Source: Holophagales bacterium
GTDB taxonomy: Bacteria; Acidobacteriota; Thermoanaerobaculia; Multivoradales; UBA5704
Length of the DNA stretch: 64,000 nucleotides
Assembly: GCA_031390755.1 (NCBI GenBank)
Contig: JANMTS010000168.1
Span: forward strand, 18,253-82,252
Direction: 5' to 3'
Shown here: in pieces, positions 42,901 through 50,638 of the stretch
How the letters are laid out: every line of letters starts with the position of its first letter
How positions within the stretch are numbered: the first letter of the stretch is position 1
Program-made: the position numbers and the translations under genes
Notes under the pieces: generated by a model
Database searches by the model: none
What the model saw: only the letters and a program-made list of their open reading frames with translations
Told to the model about the DNA's origin: nothing

Positions 42901-45113
42901 AAGCTCAGCATGCGCGGGTTGTGCGCCATGCCCAGCAGGTCGCCGACCTGCGACAGGAGATCGAAGCGCTCGCCGGCCAGCGCCTCGTCGCCCAGCCGGC
43001 GGACCAGGAAGGCGCGGATCTGCTCCTGCGTGAACGGCTGGAGGAGCGTCACCCGGCGGCTGGACAGGCGCTCGACCTGCTCGCCGAGCAGGGTGTGGAC
43101 GCGGGTCTCGGACTCGAAGTGCTCGCGGCGGCTGGAGACGACGACTTTCGCTTCTCCGGACGCGGCTTCGAGCAGCGCCGCGAAGTGCTCCAGGGCGCGG
43201 CCGTAGGTGACGCGCGTGGCGAGCTCGTCGAAGCCGTCGATGAGGAGCGCGATGCGGCCCTGCTCCAGCATGTAGCGGAAGCGGCCGGGCGAGAAGCCGT
43301 CCATGGACTCGCCGGTGAAGTGCTGGGAGAGGAGCTGATCGAGCGAGCGCCCCTTCTCCAGCTTGCGCATCTCGACGAGCACCGGCACGAGGCCGCCGCT
43401 CTCGCCCAGGCGCTGGGCCAGCTTGCGCAGCAGGAACGACTTGCCGGTGCCCGACTCGCCCAGCACGAGGACGAACCGGCCGCGCGGCGACGCCAGCCAG
43501 CCGAGGATGGTGTCGAGCGCGTCGGCGGTCAGCTCCTCGCGGCCTCCGGACCGGGACCGCATGCGCTGCGGCACGTAGAGGTCGGGCGGATAGACCGCAT
43601 CGTTCTGGATGCGCAGCGTCTGGCGGTCGACGTAGGAGCGGAAGTCGATGAGCCCCTGGAATTCGACAAAGCTCTGGAGATGGACGCGGCGCTCCGCGGC
43701 CTCGCGCACCAGATCCTCGGGCGCCGAGGCGCCGCCGTAGACCAGCTTGGAGATCAGGCCGCTGTCCGCCGCGCGGTAGCGGGCGTCGATGCGCTGGAGG
43801 AACGTCTCCAGCCCCTCGCGGGTGACGCCGTGCTCCAGCGCGCCCACGGGATAGACCCGCACCAGCCCCTCGTGCTCGGGCACGGTGACCCGCAGGTACT
43901 CGACCGGCGGCCAGCCCTCGCGGATGCGGCGGATCTCGGTGCCGGGCCGCTCGCGCAGCCGGCAGGCGGTCTCCAGGCGGGCGAGAAGATCGTCGTCGCG
44001 ATCGTCCCGGTCATTGCGCTCGTCCCGGTCATTGCGCTCGTCCCGATCATTGCGGCCGTCGCCCGCCGCCTCTCCAGACTCGACGGGAGCGTCCATCGGC
44101 GCGAACGGCCCTGCGGGCTCCTCCGGCATGCCGGACAGGGTGATCTTCTCCACCAGCTCCGGAGAGCCGTCCGGCCCGACGCGCTCGGCGCCGGCCCCCG
44201 GATCCACTGCGTAGATACGCTGGCGCACCCGGATGCGGTGCCGCTCCACCTGGACGACCTGGTAGCGATGGCTCCCCTCGCCGGCGCCGTCCTCCCGCGC
44301 CGGGCTGCCCGTGGCGAGGACGACCGCGCCGCCGGGCGACAGCCACTGGAGGCCGGGGTCCTGGGCGTGGCCGTGCAGCACCAGGTGGACGCGGTCGCCG
44401 AGCCGCCGGCGGAAGTCCTCCGCGTCGCGCAGACGGTCGGTCTCCCGGGTCGCAGCTCCGCCCCCAAGACTGTGATGGACCGCGGCGAGCAGCAGCCAGC
44501 CCTCGCGCCGGAACGGCTCCAGGGCGTCGTGGAACCAGCGCAGCTGCTCGTCGCCCACCAGGCCGTAGTGGCTGTCCGGGCGGTGGCTCTCCGCCAGGGT
44601 CGAGTCGAGCGCCGCCACCACCACCCGCAGGCGCGGGAAGGGAAACAGCGACCACGGCAGCAGCTCGCTGAACACGGCCGGGGTCTCGCCGTAGAAGTCG
44701 CGCCAGGCCGAGGCGAACAGCCGCCACTTGGGCCGGAACGGCGGCTCGGGCTCGCGCTCCTCGGCCAGGCAGTCGCTGAAGTAGGCGAGGCAGGCTTCGC
44801 GGCTGATGTCCCGGTCGCCGGGCAGCAGGACGACCCGCTCCCGGGGGAGCCGCAGGCTCTCGGTGAGCAGGCCGAGGAAGCGCACGCCCTGGCGCAGCTC
44901 GGACGGCAGCCCCTCTTCCGCGAGATCGCCGGTGACCACGATCAGGTCCGGCGACTCGGCCCCCTGCCCCATCCGGACGAGATCGCCGACGATCAGCGCG
45001 GCCAGCTCCTTGGCCGGGTCGGCGGTCGAGAGCGGATCGGCGCCGGTCCGCCGGCCGAAGCGGAGGTCCGACAGATGCAGGACGGTGAGCAGGCGGTCGA
45101 CCGCCCCGGTCAT
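39939..45113 (-). CDS. Giant STAND protein A: divergent metallophosphoesterase, Mrr-like module, NACHT-type NTPase, pentapeptide repeats, 14 WD40 (1724 aa)
   Basis: C-terminal 1724 codons of ORF 39939..47918. Start is ATG 45113, or GTG 45122 overlapping the gene B stop as GTGA. MPE motifs HLSDLRFG, TGDLAEEG, LPGDRD, AAVHH, LHGHA. Walker A GESGTGKS (43437-43460). Walker B LLIDGFDEL (43221-43247). About 20 A(D/R)LxG pentapeptides (41964-42275). 14 xRxW(D/S/N/H) WD40 units. Tail GWAAFTPEGRY..FWHAVQLCRFDPGELD. Confidence 0.9.
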   Translation of the reverse strand: MTGAVDRLLTVLHLSDLRFGRRTGADPLSTADPAKELAALIVGDLVRMGQGAESPDLIVVTGDLAEEGLPSELRQGVRFLGLLTESLRLPRERVVLLPGDRDISREACLAYFSDCLAEEREPEPPFRPKWRLFASAWRDFYGETPAVFSELLPWSLFPFPRLRVVVAALDSTLAESHRPDSHYGLVGDEQLRWFHDALEPFRREGWLLLAAVHHSLGGGAATRETDRLRDAEDFRRRLGDRVHLVLHGHAQDPGLQWLSPGGAVVLATGSPAREDGAGEGSHRYQVVQVERHRIRVRQRIYAVDPGAGAERVGPDGSPELVEKITLSGMPEEPAGPFAPMDAPVESGEAAGDGRNDRDERNDRDERNDRDDRDDDLLARLETACRLRERPGTEIRRIREGWPPVEYLRVTVPEHEGLVRVYPVGALEHGVTREGLETFLQRIDARYRAADSGLISKLVYGGASAPEDLVREAAERRVHLQSFVEFQGLIDFRSYVDRQTLRIQNDAVYPPDLYVPQRMRSRSGGREELTADALDTILGWLASPRGRFVLVLGESGTGKSFLLRKLAQRLGESGGLVPVLVEMRKLEKGRSLDQLLSQHFTGESMDGFSPGRFRYMLEQGRIALLIDGFDELATRVTYGRALEHFAALLEAASGEAKVVVSSRREHFESETRVHTLLGEQVERLSSRRVTLLQPFTQEQIRAFLVRRLGDEALAGERFDLLSQVGDLLGMAHNPRMLSFIADIPEERLRQAEAAGGGVTAAEVYRLLLNRWLGQEISRAESGDGEAPSLSFSERLEASTRIAVRLWRADESSLHLTDLTEEVARSVAGMRRTPVDPETAAFQVGSGTLLVRDAEDAFAFVHPSILEWLVAKRAADDLAFESSPEVLAVRLATPLMARFLVDLAGRDAVAGWARDTLLGTGGDAAKGNALLLLRHLGEEVREPVILAGRDLRGQDLAGQDLTGADLTGADLRDVRLTSARLTGARLEKARLAGADLSRAILTGADLRGADLSGARLHAADLRGARLDGARFRRAKLAGARLDEESLAGCDLEGAVLTLPDTIEAWVASCQPQNAVAWSLDGQLLATAEGSMIRLWDAGTLLEVRRLLGHDGRVLALAFGPGGLLASGSEDRTVRLWDAAAGRETKRLWGHQSWVSSLAFHPKGGTLASGSYDKTARVWDLDSGLETHRFRAGGWVLTVAFDEHGWRLAAGSSDRAVRAWDIGNVGDTARGDEILHLTGHLDWVRTIAFGGEGSLLASGSEDRTVRIWDSETGRELHRLEHDDVVTSLAFGAGGEILASASEDRMVRLWDVATGRVRHRLLGHAAGVRGVAFSSSMLASASTDRTLRIWDAATGRELRRSPKPMHAVSGLAYSGDNLLATGAHDGTVRLWDLRTGRESLRLEEARDEARDKVWSVAVSVDGKSLAAASADGSVHLWSGLDTPEPKLRHRLEGHGAEVLSVAFHPNGETLASGSRDRTVQLWSAASGRRLRVLDGFGSGVRSVAFSPDGRLLAAASSDPVLRLWDPRSGREKSKLQGHESNLLSLAFLPDGRGLVAGSADHTVLVWNLDGGQRAHRSHRFEGHRDKVWSVAVHPDGNRIASASQDGTVRLWDLTVGVEARRFDGHAHPVLCAAFSPDGTLLASGSADNTVRLWHLERGSCVAVLGLLPDGWAAFTPEGRYKLGGLAGGSFWHAVQLCRFDPGELDGLAALRLPDDAELLPPPPGTWRG
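43995..44060 (-). repeat. 18-nt tandem repeat x3 in the gene A linker (encodes NDRDERNDRDERNDRD)
   Basis: GTCCCGGTCATTGCGCTC at 44004-44021 and 44022-44039, with a degenerate third unit at 44040-44057. Confidence 0.8.
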
Positions 45114-45118
45114 TCCGG

Positions 45119-48100
45119 TCACGAAGAGACTCCCGCCGCGGGCTCTCGCGGCTCTCTCGGCTCTCTCCTCGGGGGGGGGGCCTGCTCGAAGAGCGGCTCG
45201 GTGGTCAGGAGAAGCCGCGGCATGAAGGATTCGACGTCGTTCAGCTCGAAGCGGCAGAGGCCGATCACGTGCCAGAAGCCGCTCAGCTTGACCCCGCGGA
45301 AGCGGCCGTCGGGCCGGTAGGCCACCCAGCCCTCGCGGAGAGGAGACAGGATGGCGAGGCACTCCCAGGTCTGGGTGTCCCAGAGGCGGATCGTGTTGTC
45401 GTCCGAGCCGCTGGCGAGCACGTTGCGGTCCGGGCTGAAGACCAGATCGCGCACGGCGGCGATGTGGCCGGCCAGGACGACGGTCCTCGGCGAGCCTTCC
45501 GACCTCCAGATGCGGATGCAGCCGTCCTCGCCGCCGACGAGCAGCTCCCGGCCGTCGGGACTGAAGGTCAGGGCCACCGGCCCGCGGGGGCCCGGGAGCC
45601 GGGCCAGCTCGCGGCCGGTCTCGAGGTTCCAGAGGCGGACCGAGCGGTCCAGGGAGGCGCTCGCCAGCCGCTTGCCGTCCGGCGAGAAGCCGACGACCAC
45701 GGCCGGCGCCTCCAGGGCCGGGAAGTTGCGCAGCTCGCGGCCGGTCTCGACGCTCCAGACGCGGACGGAGCGGTCGAACGACGCGCTCGCGAGGCGCTTG
45801 CCATCGGCCGAGAAAGCGACGTGCGCGACCGCGTCGCGATGACCCGGCATGGTGAGCGGCGGCGCGCCCGAGCGGACCTGCCAGAGCCGGACCAGGCGGT
45901 CCGACGAGCCGCTGGCGAGAAGCAGGCCGTCCGGGCTGAAGGCCACGCTGCGGATGTCTCCCCGCTGATCTTCCCAGGAGCGGATCTGGTTGCGGTTCTC
46001 CACGTCCCAGAGCCGGACGCTCCTGTCCTGGGCGCCGGTCGCGAGGCTCGCGCCGTCGGGCGAGAGGGCCACGGCCAGGCCGCGCCCCTGCCTCTGAAGA
46101 TAGGCGTCGAGCTCCGGCCGTGCCCTCGACGGGCGTTGCCACATGCTGTCCGCGCCCGGCCGCTGCAACACCGCGGTGCCGACGCCGAGATCCCAGACGC
46201 GCAGCGTGTCGTCCTCCAGAAGGCCTTGAAGCAGGCCGTCGCGCAGGAACGACAGCCGGCGGACGCCGCCGCGGAAGCCGGTGAGGCTGCGCTCCTGCTG
46301 GCCGCCGGACCAGATGCGCACGGTGCGGTCGTCCGAGCCGGAGACCAGGCCGCGGCCGTCCGGCCGGAAGGCGACCGCGCGCACGGCCAGCTCGTGGCCG
46401 GCCAGGCGGAACACCTCGCGCCGGGACGCCAGATCCCAGATGAGGATGGTGCCGTCGTCGACGGCGAGCGCAATCTGGCGCTCCTCCGGGCCGAAGGCCA
46501 GGGCCAGGGCGGCGCCTTCGAGCTGGATCAGGCACCACTCGGTCTTCTCGCCGCGGCGCCAGATCCGCACCAGGCGCTCCTCGCCGCCCGCGGCGAAGTA
46601 CCCGCCCTCCGGGCTGAACCCGAGACACCAGGGGGTGCCGACGTTGCGCAGGGCCTGCATCTCGTTGCCGTTCGAGGGGTTCCAGAAGCGGATCGTCCGG
46701 TCTTCGGAGGCGGTGACGAGGACGCCGTCCGGGCTGAAGGTGACGCCGCGGACCGCGCCTTCGTGGCCGGCGAGCCGGGCGATCTCGTGGCCGCTGCGCG
46801 CATCCCAGACCGCGGCCGAGCCGTCCGCCGCGCCGCTGGCCAGGAGCTTGCCGTCGCGGCTGAGGGCGATCCCGAAGACCGCGCCGTTGTGGGGGCCGGC
46901 GCGGAAGATCTCCTCCCCGGTGGCCAGGTCCCAGGCGAGCGCGAAGCCGTCCTCGGACCCGGCGAAGAGCGCGGTGCCGTTGGCGTTGAAGGCGAGGCAC
47001 CGCACGCGGTCGCGGGGGCCGAGCAGGCGCCGGATCGGCCGCCACGTCTGAGTGTCCCAGAGATCGACTGCGTTGCCCGCCGCCGCCGCGATGAGCTCGC
47101 CCGACGGAGGGCTCCAGGCCACGGCCAGGGCGGGCAGGGACGTCCCGGCCGCGGCCGCGACGACCGGCGGCAGGGCGAGCGCCGCGCCGTAGGTCTCGCA
47201 GTCCTGGAGGGCGGTGGCCTCCCAGGTGGCGCCGATCAGGCTGGCGCGGCGCAGCACCGCGCCGGTGAGCTTCGCGCCGCGCAGGTCCGCGTTGAACAGG
47301 CGGGCGCCGGTCAAGTCGGCGCGGCTCAGGTCGGCGCCGTCCAGGCGGGCGCGGCTCAGGTTGGCGCGCACCAGCCGGGCGCCGCTCATCTGCGCGCGGG
47401 TGAGGATGGTGCCGGTCAGGCGGGCCGTGGAGAGGTCGGACTCGGTGAAGTCGGCCCGCGTCAGATCCTGCTCGGAGAAGTCGCGGCCCTGGAGATCCTG
47501 GCCGGCCATGCGGCGCTGGCGCCCGGCCTCCTCGGGGAAGAGGTCGAGCAGGCGCTGGGCCTTCTCGCTGATCGCGGGCCGCGGATCGTTGAGCGCCTGG
47601 TGCGCCCAGCGCACCGCTTCTTTCTTGCCGGCGAGCGCGGCGAAGAAGCCGAGCATGACGTCCGACGCCGCGCCGCGCGCCAGCACCTCGGGAGCCTTCC
47701 CCTCCCTCAGCTCCTCGGCGGCGCGGCGGGCCACGAGCCAGTCGAGGATGGAGGGGTGGATGAACGAGAAGTTGCCGTCCTCGTCGCGCACCAGGAGCGT
47801 GCCGGAGCCGACCTGGAAGGCGGCGGTGTCGCGGTCGCGGTCGGTGAGCGTGCGCAGGATCTGCGCGACCTCCTCGGTCAGCTCCTTGAGGTTGATCGCC
47901 TGGTCGGGCTCGCGCCACATGCGGATGGCGACGTCCTCGACCGCCTGCCAGCGCTGGTCGATCGACAGGCCCGGCCGCGCGCCCTTGGGGTTGGCGCGCT
48001 CGGTTTCGAGCCCGAGCCAGCGCTGCACGAGCATCTGGTAGACGGCGGGGACGGAGATCTCGCGGTTGCCCTCGCCCGCGGCGTCGCGTAGTTGCTCCTC

Positions 48101-50311
48101 GCGCAGGTCGGCGATGAAGCTCAGCAGGCGCGGGTTGACGGCGAGGCCGGTGACGCGCACCTCCTCGAGCAGCTTCAGGCGGCGCTCGGCCTCTTCTTTA
48201 CTGCCGAGCCGGCGCTCCAGGAACGCGGAGATCTGGCCGGTGTCGAAGAGCTGGAGCATGGCCACGCGCCGGCCCGAGACGTTCTCCACCTGCTCGCCCA
48301 TGTCGGTGAGCAGGTCGCGGTCGGTGATGAAGTGCTGGCGCCGGCTGGTGACCACGACCTTCGCCGAGCCGACCGCGGCCTGCAGCAAGGTCGAGAGGTG
48401 ATCGGCCGCGCGCTCGTAGGTGACGAGCGTGGCGAGCTCGTCGAAGCCGTCGAAGAGCAGCGCCACCCGGCCGCGCTCCAGGAGATAGCGGAAGCGGAGA
48501 GGCGAGAAGTCGGCGCCCTCCTGGCCGAAGTGCTGGCCGAGCAGCTCTTCGAGCGAGCGGCTCTTGTTGAGCGTGCGCATCTCGATGAGCAGCGGCGTGA
48601 CGTCGCTCTCCGCGCCGATCCGCCGGGCCAGCTCGCGCAGCAGGAAGCTCTTGCCCGTGCCCGAGTCGCCGAGCACGAGGATGAAGCGCCCCTGCTCGGA
48701 CTGGGTGAGCCAGCTCTGGATGAGGGTGAGCGCGTTGGGCGTCTCCCGGTTGTCCCCGCCTTCGAGCAGCATCATGCGCTGCGGCACGTACATCTGCGAG
48801 GGATAGAGCGCATCGTCGGCCAGGCGCTGGGCCTGCCGGTCGAGCAGCGGCCGGAAGTCGATGAGCTGCTCCAGCTCGGCCAGCCGCACCAGGCGGACGC
48901 GCTGCGCCCGGGCGTCCCGCAGCACCCGCGCAGGCACCGGGCCGTTGCCGGTGTAGACGAGCCTGGAGATGACGCCGCTGTCTTCGTCCTGATAGCGGGA
49001 GTGAACCCCTTCGACGAAAGCCGCCAGGTCTTCCTGGGTCACGGTCCGATCGACCGCGCCGACCGGCGACGAGCGCGGGATGCCGCCCTCGCGGACGGTG
49101 ATCTGCAGATACTCCAGGGCCGGGCGCGGTATCCGCTTGCGCTCGATCTCGGCCTGCGGCTCGCGCAGCCGCCAGATGCGGGCCACGCGCGCCAGCAGGT
49201 CGTCCCGCTCGGCGAGAGCCTTGTCTTCGGCGCGTCCGGCCTCCGCCGCGGATACCACGGATCCAGCCACGGCCTCGGCCGTCCGCCGGAACGTCGCCTC
49301 CGCCTGGCGCATGCGGACGGCGATCTCGCCGGTGCCGCGGGCGTCCTCGTGCCACAGCGCGCGCTTCGGCTCGTACACCCGGGTCCAGCGCCGGATGCGG
49401 TCCTCGAAGATCTGCAGCACCTGGCAGCGGTTGACCGTCTCGCCGGACGCCCCGGACGCCCCGGACGCCCCGGTCACGCCGGTCTCCGGCGTGCCCGCGG
49501 CGAAGCACGGCAGCTCCGGGGTCAGCCAGATGTCGCCGCTGCCGTGCGAGTGTCCATGCAGCACGAGGCTGGTCTGCGGCGCCAGGTTGACGAGCAGGCC
49601 GGCGGTGTCGTCGAGGCGCTCTTCGGGCCGGGTGGGGACGCCGCGCGGGTCGTGGTGGAGGGCGGCGATGCGCAGCCATTCGCCATGGCGGGCCAGCTCC
49701 AGCTCGCCCGTGAACCAGCGGATCTGCTCCGCTCCCAGCGAGCCGCGGTGGATCTCATGGCTCTCGGCCTGGGTCGAGTTCAGGCCGGCGACCGTGACCC
49801 GCAGGTCCGGGATCTCGAAGAGGGTCCAGGGATGGTGCTCGTTGAACACCGCGCCGGGATGGTCCTTGTAGAGATCGCGGAAGAAGGCGGAGAAGAAACG
49901 CCACTTCGGCCAGTAGGGGGCGACGGGCTCGCGCTCCTCGGCGCGGCAGGTGCTGAAGTAGGCCGCGCAGGCGTCGCGGCTCACGTCCCGGTTGCCCGGC
50001 ACCACGACGACGCGGTGGCGGCCGATCCCCAGCCCCTGGGCCAGGCTCTCCACGAACCGGAGCACGTCGCGGAACTCGGACGGCCGCGCGCCCTCGGTGA
50101 GGTCGCCGGTGAGCAGCAGGATGTCGGGAGAGACGAGGGCGCCGTTCTCGTCGCGCAGACGGCCGAGGTCGGCGAGCACGACCGCGGTCAGCGTCTCGAA
50201 GGTGTCGTCGACCTGGGGCGGCGCAAGGCTGCCAAAGCGATGCTCCCAGCCGAAACGAAGATCCGAAAGGTGGACGATCGTGACCGCCCGCCCAGTCTCG
50301 CGCGCGCCCAA
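45119..50311 (-). CDS. Giant STAND protein B: paralogue of A with the same five-module order (1730 aa)
   Basis: From ORF 45119..50467. Likely TTG start at 50311, 8 nt after GAGGAGGAG. MPE motifs HLSDLRFG (50252-50272), TGDLTEG, PGNRD (GNRD 49985-49996), ALHHD, LHGHSHG. Walker A GDSGTGKS (48647-48670). Walker B LLFDGFDEL. Pentapeptide run 47200-47509. 14 WD40 units. Tail GWVAYRPDGRF..FWHVIGLCRFE. Confidence 0.9.
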   Translation of the reverse strand: MGARETGRAVTIVHLSDLRFGWEHRFGSLAPPQVDDTFETLTAVVLADLGRLRDENGALVSPDILLLTGDLTEGARPSEFRDVLRFVESLAQGLGIGRHRVVVVPGNRDVSRDACAAYFSTCRAEEREPVAPYWPKWRFFSAFFRDLYKDHPGAVFNEHHPWTLFEIPDLRVTVAGLNSTQAESHEIHRGSLGAEQIRWFTGELELARHGEWLRIAALHHDPRGVPTRPEERLDDTAGLLVNLAPQTSLVLHGHSHGSGDIWLTPELPCFAAGTPETGVTGASGASGASGETVNRCQVLQIFEDRIRRWTRVYEPKRALWHEDARGTGEIAVRMRQAEATFRRTAEAVAGSVVSAAEAGRAEDKALAERDDLLARVARIWRLREPQAEIERKRIPRPALEYLQITVREGGIPRSSPVGAVDRTVTQEDLAAFVEGVHSRYQDEDSGVISRLVYTGNGPVPARVLRDARAQRVRLVRLAELEQLIDFRPLLDRQAQRLADDALYPSQMYVPQRMMLLEGGDNRETPNALTLIQSWLTQSEQGRFILVLGDSGTGKSFLLRELARRIGAESDVTPLLIEMRTLNKSRSLEELLGQHFGQEGADFSPLRFRYLLERGRVALLFDGFDELATLVTYERAADHLSTLLQAAVGSAKVVVTSRRQHFITDRDLLTDMGEQVENVSGRRVAMLQLFDTGQISAFLERRLGSKEEAERRLKLLEEVRVTGLAVNPRLLSFIADLREEQLRDAAGEGNREISVPAVYQMLVQRWLGLETERANPKGARPGLSIDQRWQAVEDVAIRMWREPDQAINLKELTEEVAQILRTLTDRDRDTAAFQVGSGTLLVRDEDGNFSFIHPSILDWLVARRAAEELREGKAPEVLARGAASDVMLGFFAALAGKKEAVRWAHQALNDPRPAISEKAQRLLDLFPEEAGRQRRMAGQDLQGRDFSEQDLTRADFTESDLSTARLTGTILTRAQMSGARLVRANLSRARLDGADLSRADLTGARLFNADLRGAKLTGAVLRRASLIGATWEATALQDCETYGAALALPPVVAAAAGTSLPALAVAWSPPSGELIAAAAGNAVDLWDTQTWRPIRRLLGPRDRVRCLAFNANGTALFAGSEDGFALAWDLATGEEIFRAGPHNGAVFGIALSRDGKLLASGAADGSAAVWDARSGHEIARLAGHEGAVRGVTFSPDGVLVTASEDRTIRFWNPSNGNEMQALRNVGTPWCLGFSPEGGYFAAGGEERLVRIWRRGEKTEWCLIQLEGAALALAFGPEERQIALAVDDGTILIWDLASRREVFRLAGHELAVRAVAFRPDGRGLVSGSDDRTVRIWSGGQQERSLTGFRGGVRRLSFLRDGLLQGLLEDDTLRVWDLGVGTAVLQRPGADSMWQRPSRARPELDAYLQRQGRGLAVALSPDGASLATGAQDRSVRLWDVENRNQIRSWEDQRGDIRSVAFSPDGLLLASGSSDRLVRLWQVRSGAPPLTMPGHRDAVAHVAFSADGKRLASASFDRSVRVWSVETGRELRNFPALEAPAVVVGFSPDGKRLASASLDRSVRLWNLETGRELARLPGPRGPVALTFSPDGRELLVGGEDGCIRIWRSEGSPRTVVLAGHIAAVRDLVFSPDRNVLASGSDDNTIRLWDTQTWECLAILSPLREGWVAYRPDGRFRGVKLSGFWHVIGLCRFELNDVESFMPRLLLTTEPLFEQAPPPRREPREPREPAAGVSS
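45171..45180 (-). repeat. G10/C10 homopolymer in the last 20 codons of gene B
   Basis: Plus strand ctcctc-GGGGGGGGGG-cctgctc. On the coding strand it reads GCC CCC CCC CCG (APPP). Confidence 0.95.
49445..49471 (-). repeat. 9-nt tandem repeat x3 in the gene B linker (encodes GASGASGAS)
   Basis: GGACGCCCC x3 read directly. It occupies the same linker position as the repeat in gene A. Confidence 0.8.
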
Positions 50312-50472
50312 AGCCTTGGCTCCTCCTCGTTCAGTTGCGCGGAACCTTAGCAGACGCGCCGGAGGAACGAAAGCCGGTGCCTGCGCGGTGGATGGGCAGC
50401 TGCGCACGCAGGGAGCAGCTGTGTTGCAGCGGCCCTCACCCCCGCCCCCCGGTAATGGACGATCCAACCCGC

Positions 50473-50523
50473 GGGACGAGCCGTCCGTCCCATGGGACGA
50501 GCGATAGCGGCACTGGGACGAGC
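50473..50523. promoter_or_regulatory. Three GGGACGAGC direct repeats at exact 21-bp spacing upstream of gene B
   Basis: Copies start at 50473, 50494 and 50515, about 160-210 nt upstream of the gene B start in a 330-bp non-coding gap. Confidence 0.5.
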
Positions 50524-50638
50524 CGTTTCCTGGATCTCACAAGGGTGATATCCAGCGCCAAGGTGATTTCAGAGAGCGAGCCCTTGTGGCTCTAGGCTTG
50601 GCAGGCGGTTCACGCAGATTTTCTTTGCAACTGGCAGG

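Noticed and set aside
39939-47918. Single 2659-aa ORF in the track spanning gene A and half of gene B
   Set aside because: Only the last 1724 codons (from ATG 45113 or GTG 45122) have recognisable domains. Upstream, the frame is an Arg/Pro/Gly-rich out-of-frame reading of gene B, which has its own frame with clear NACHT/WD40 sequence. The open frame is a high-GC artefact.
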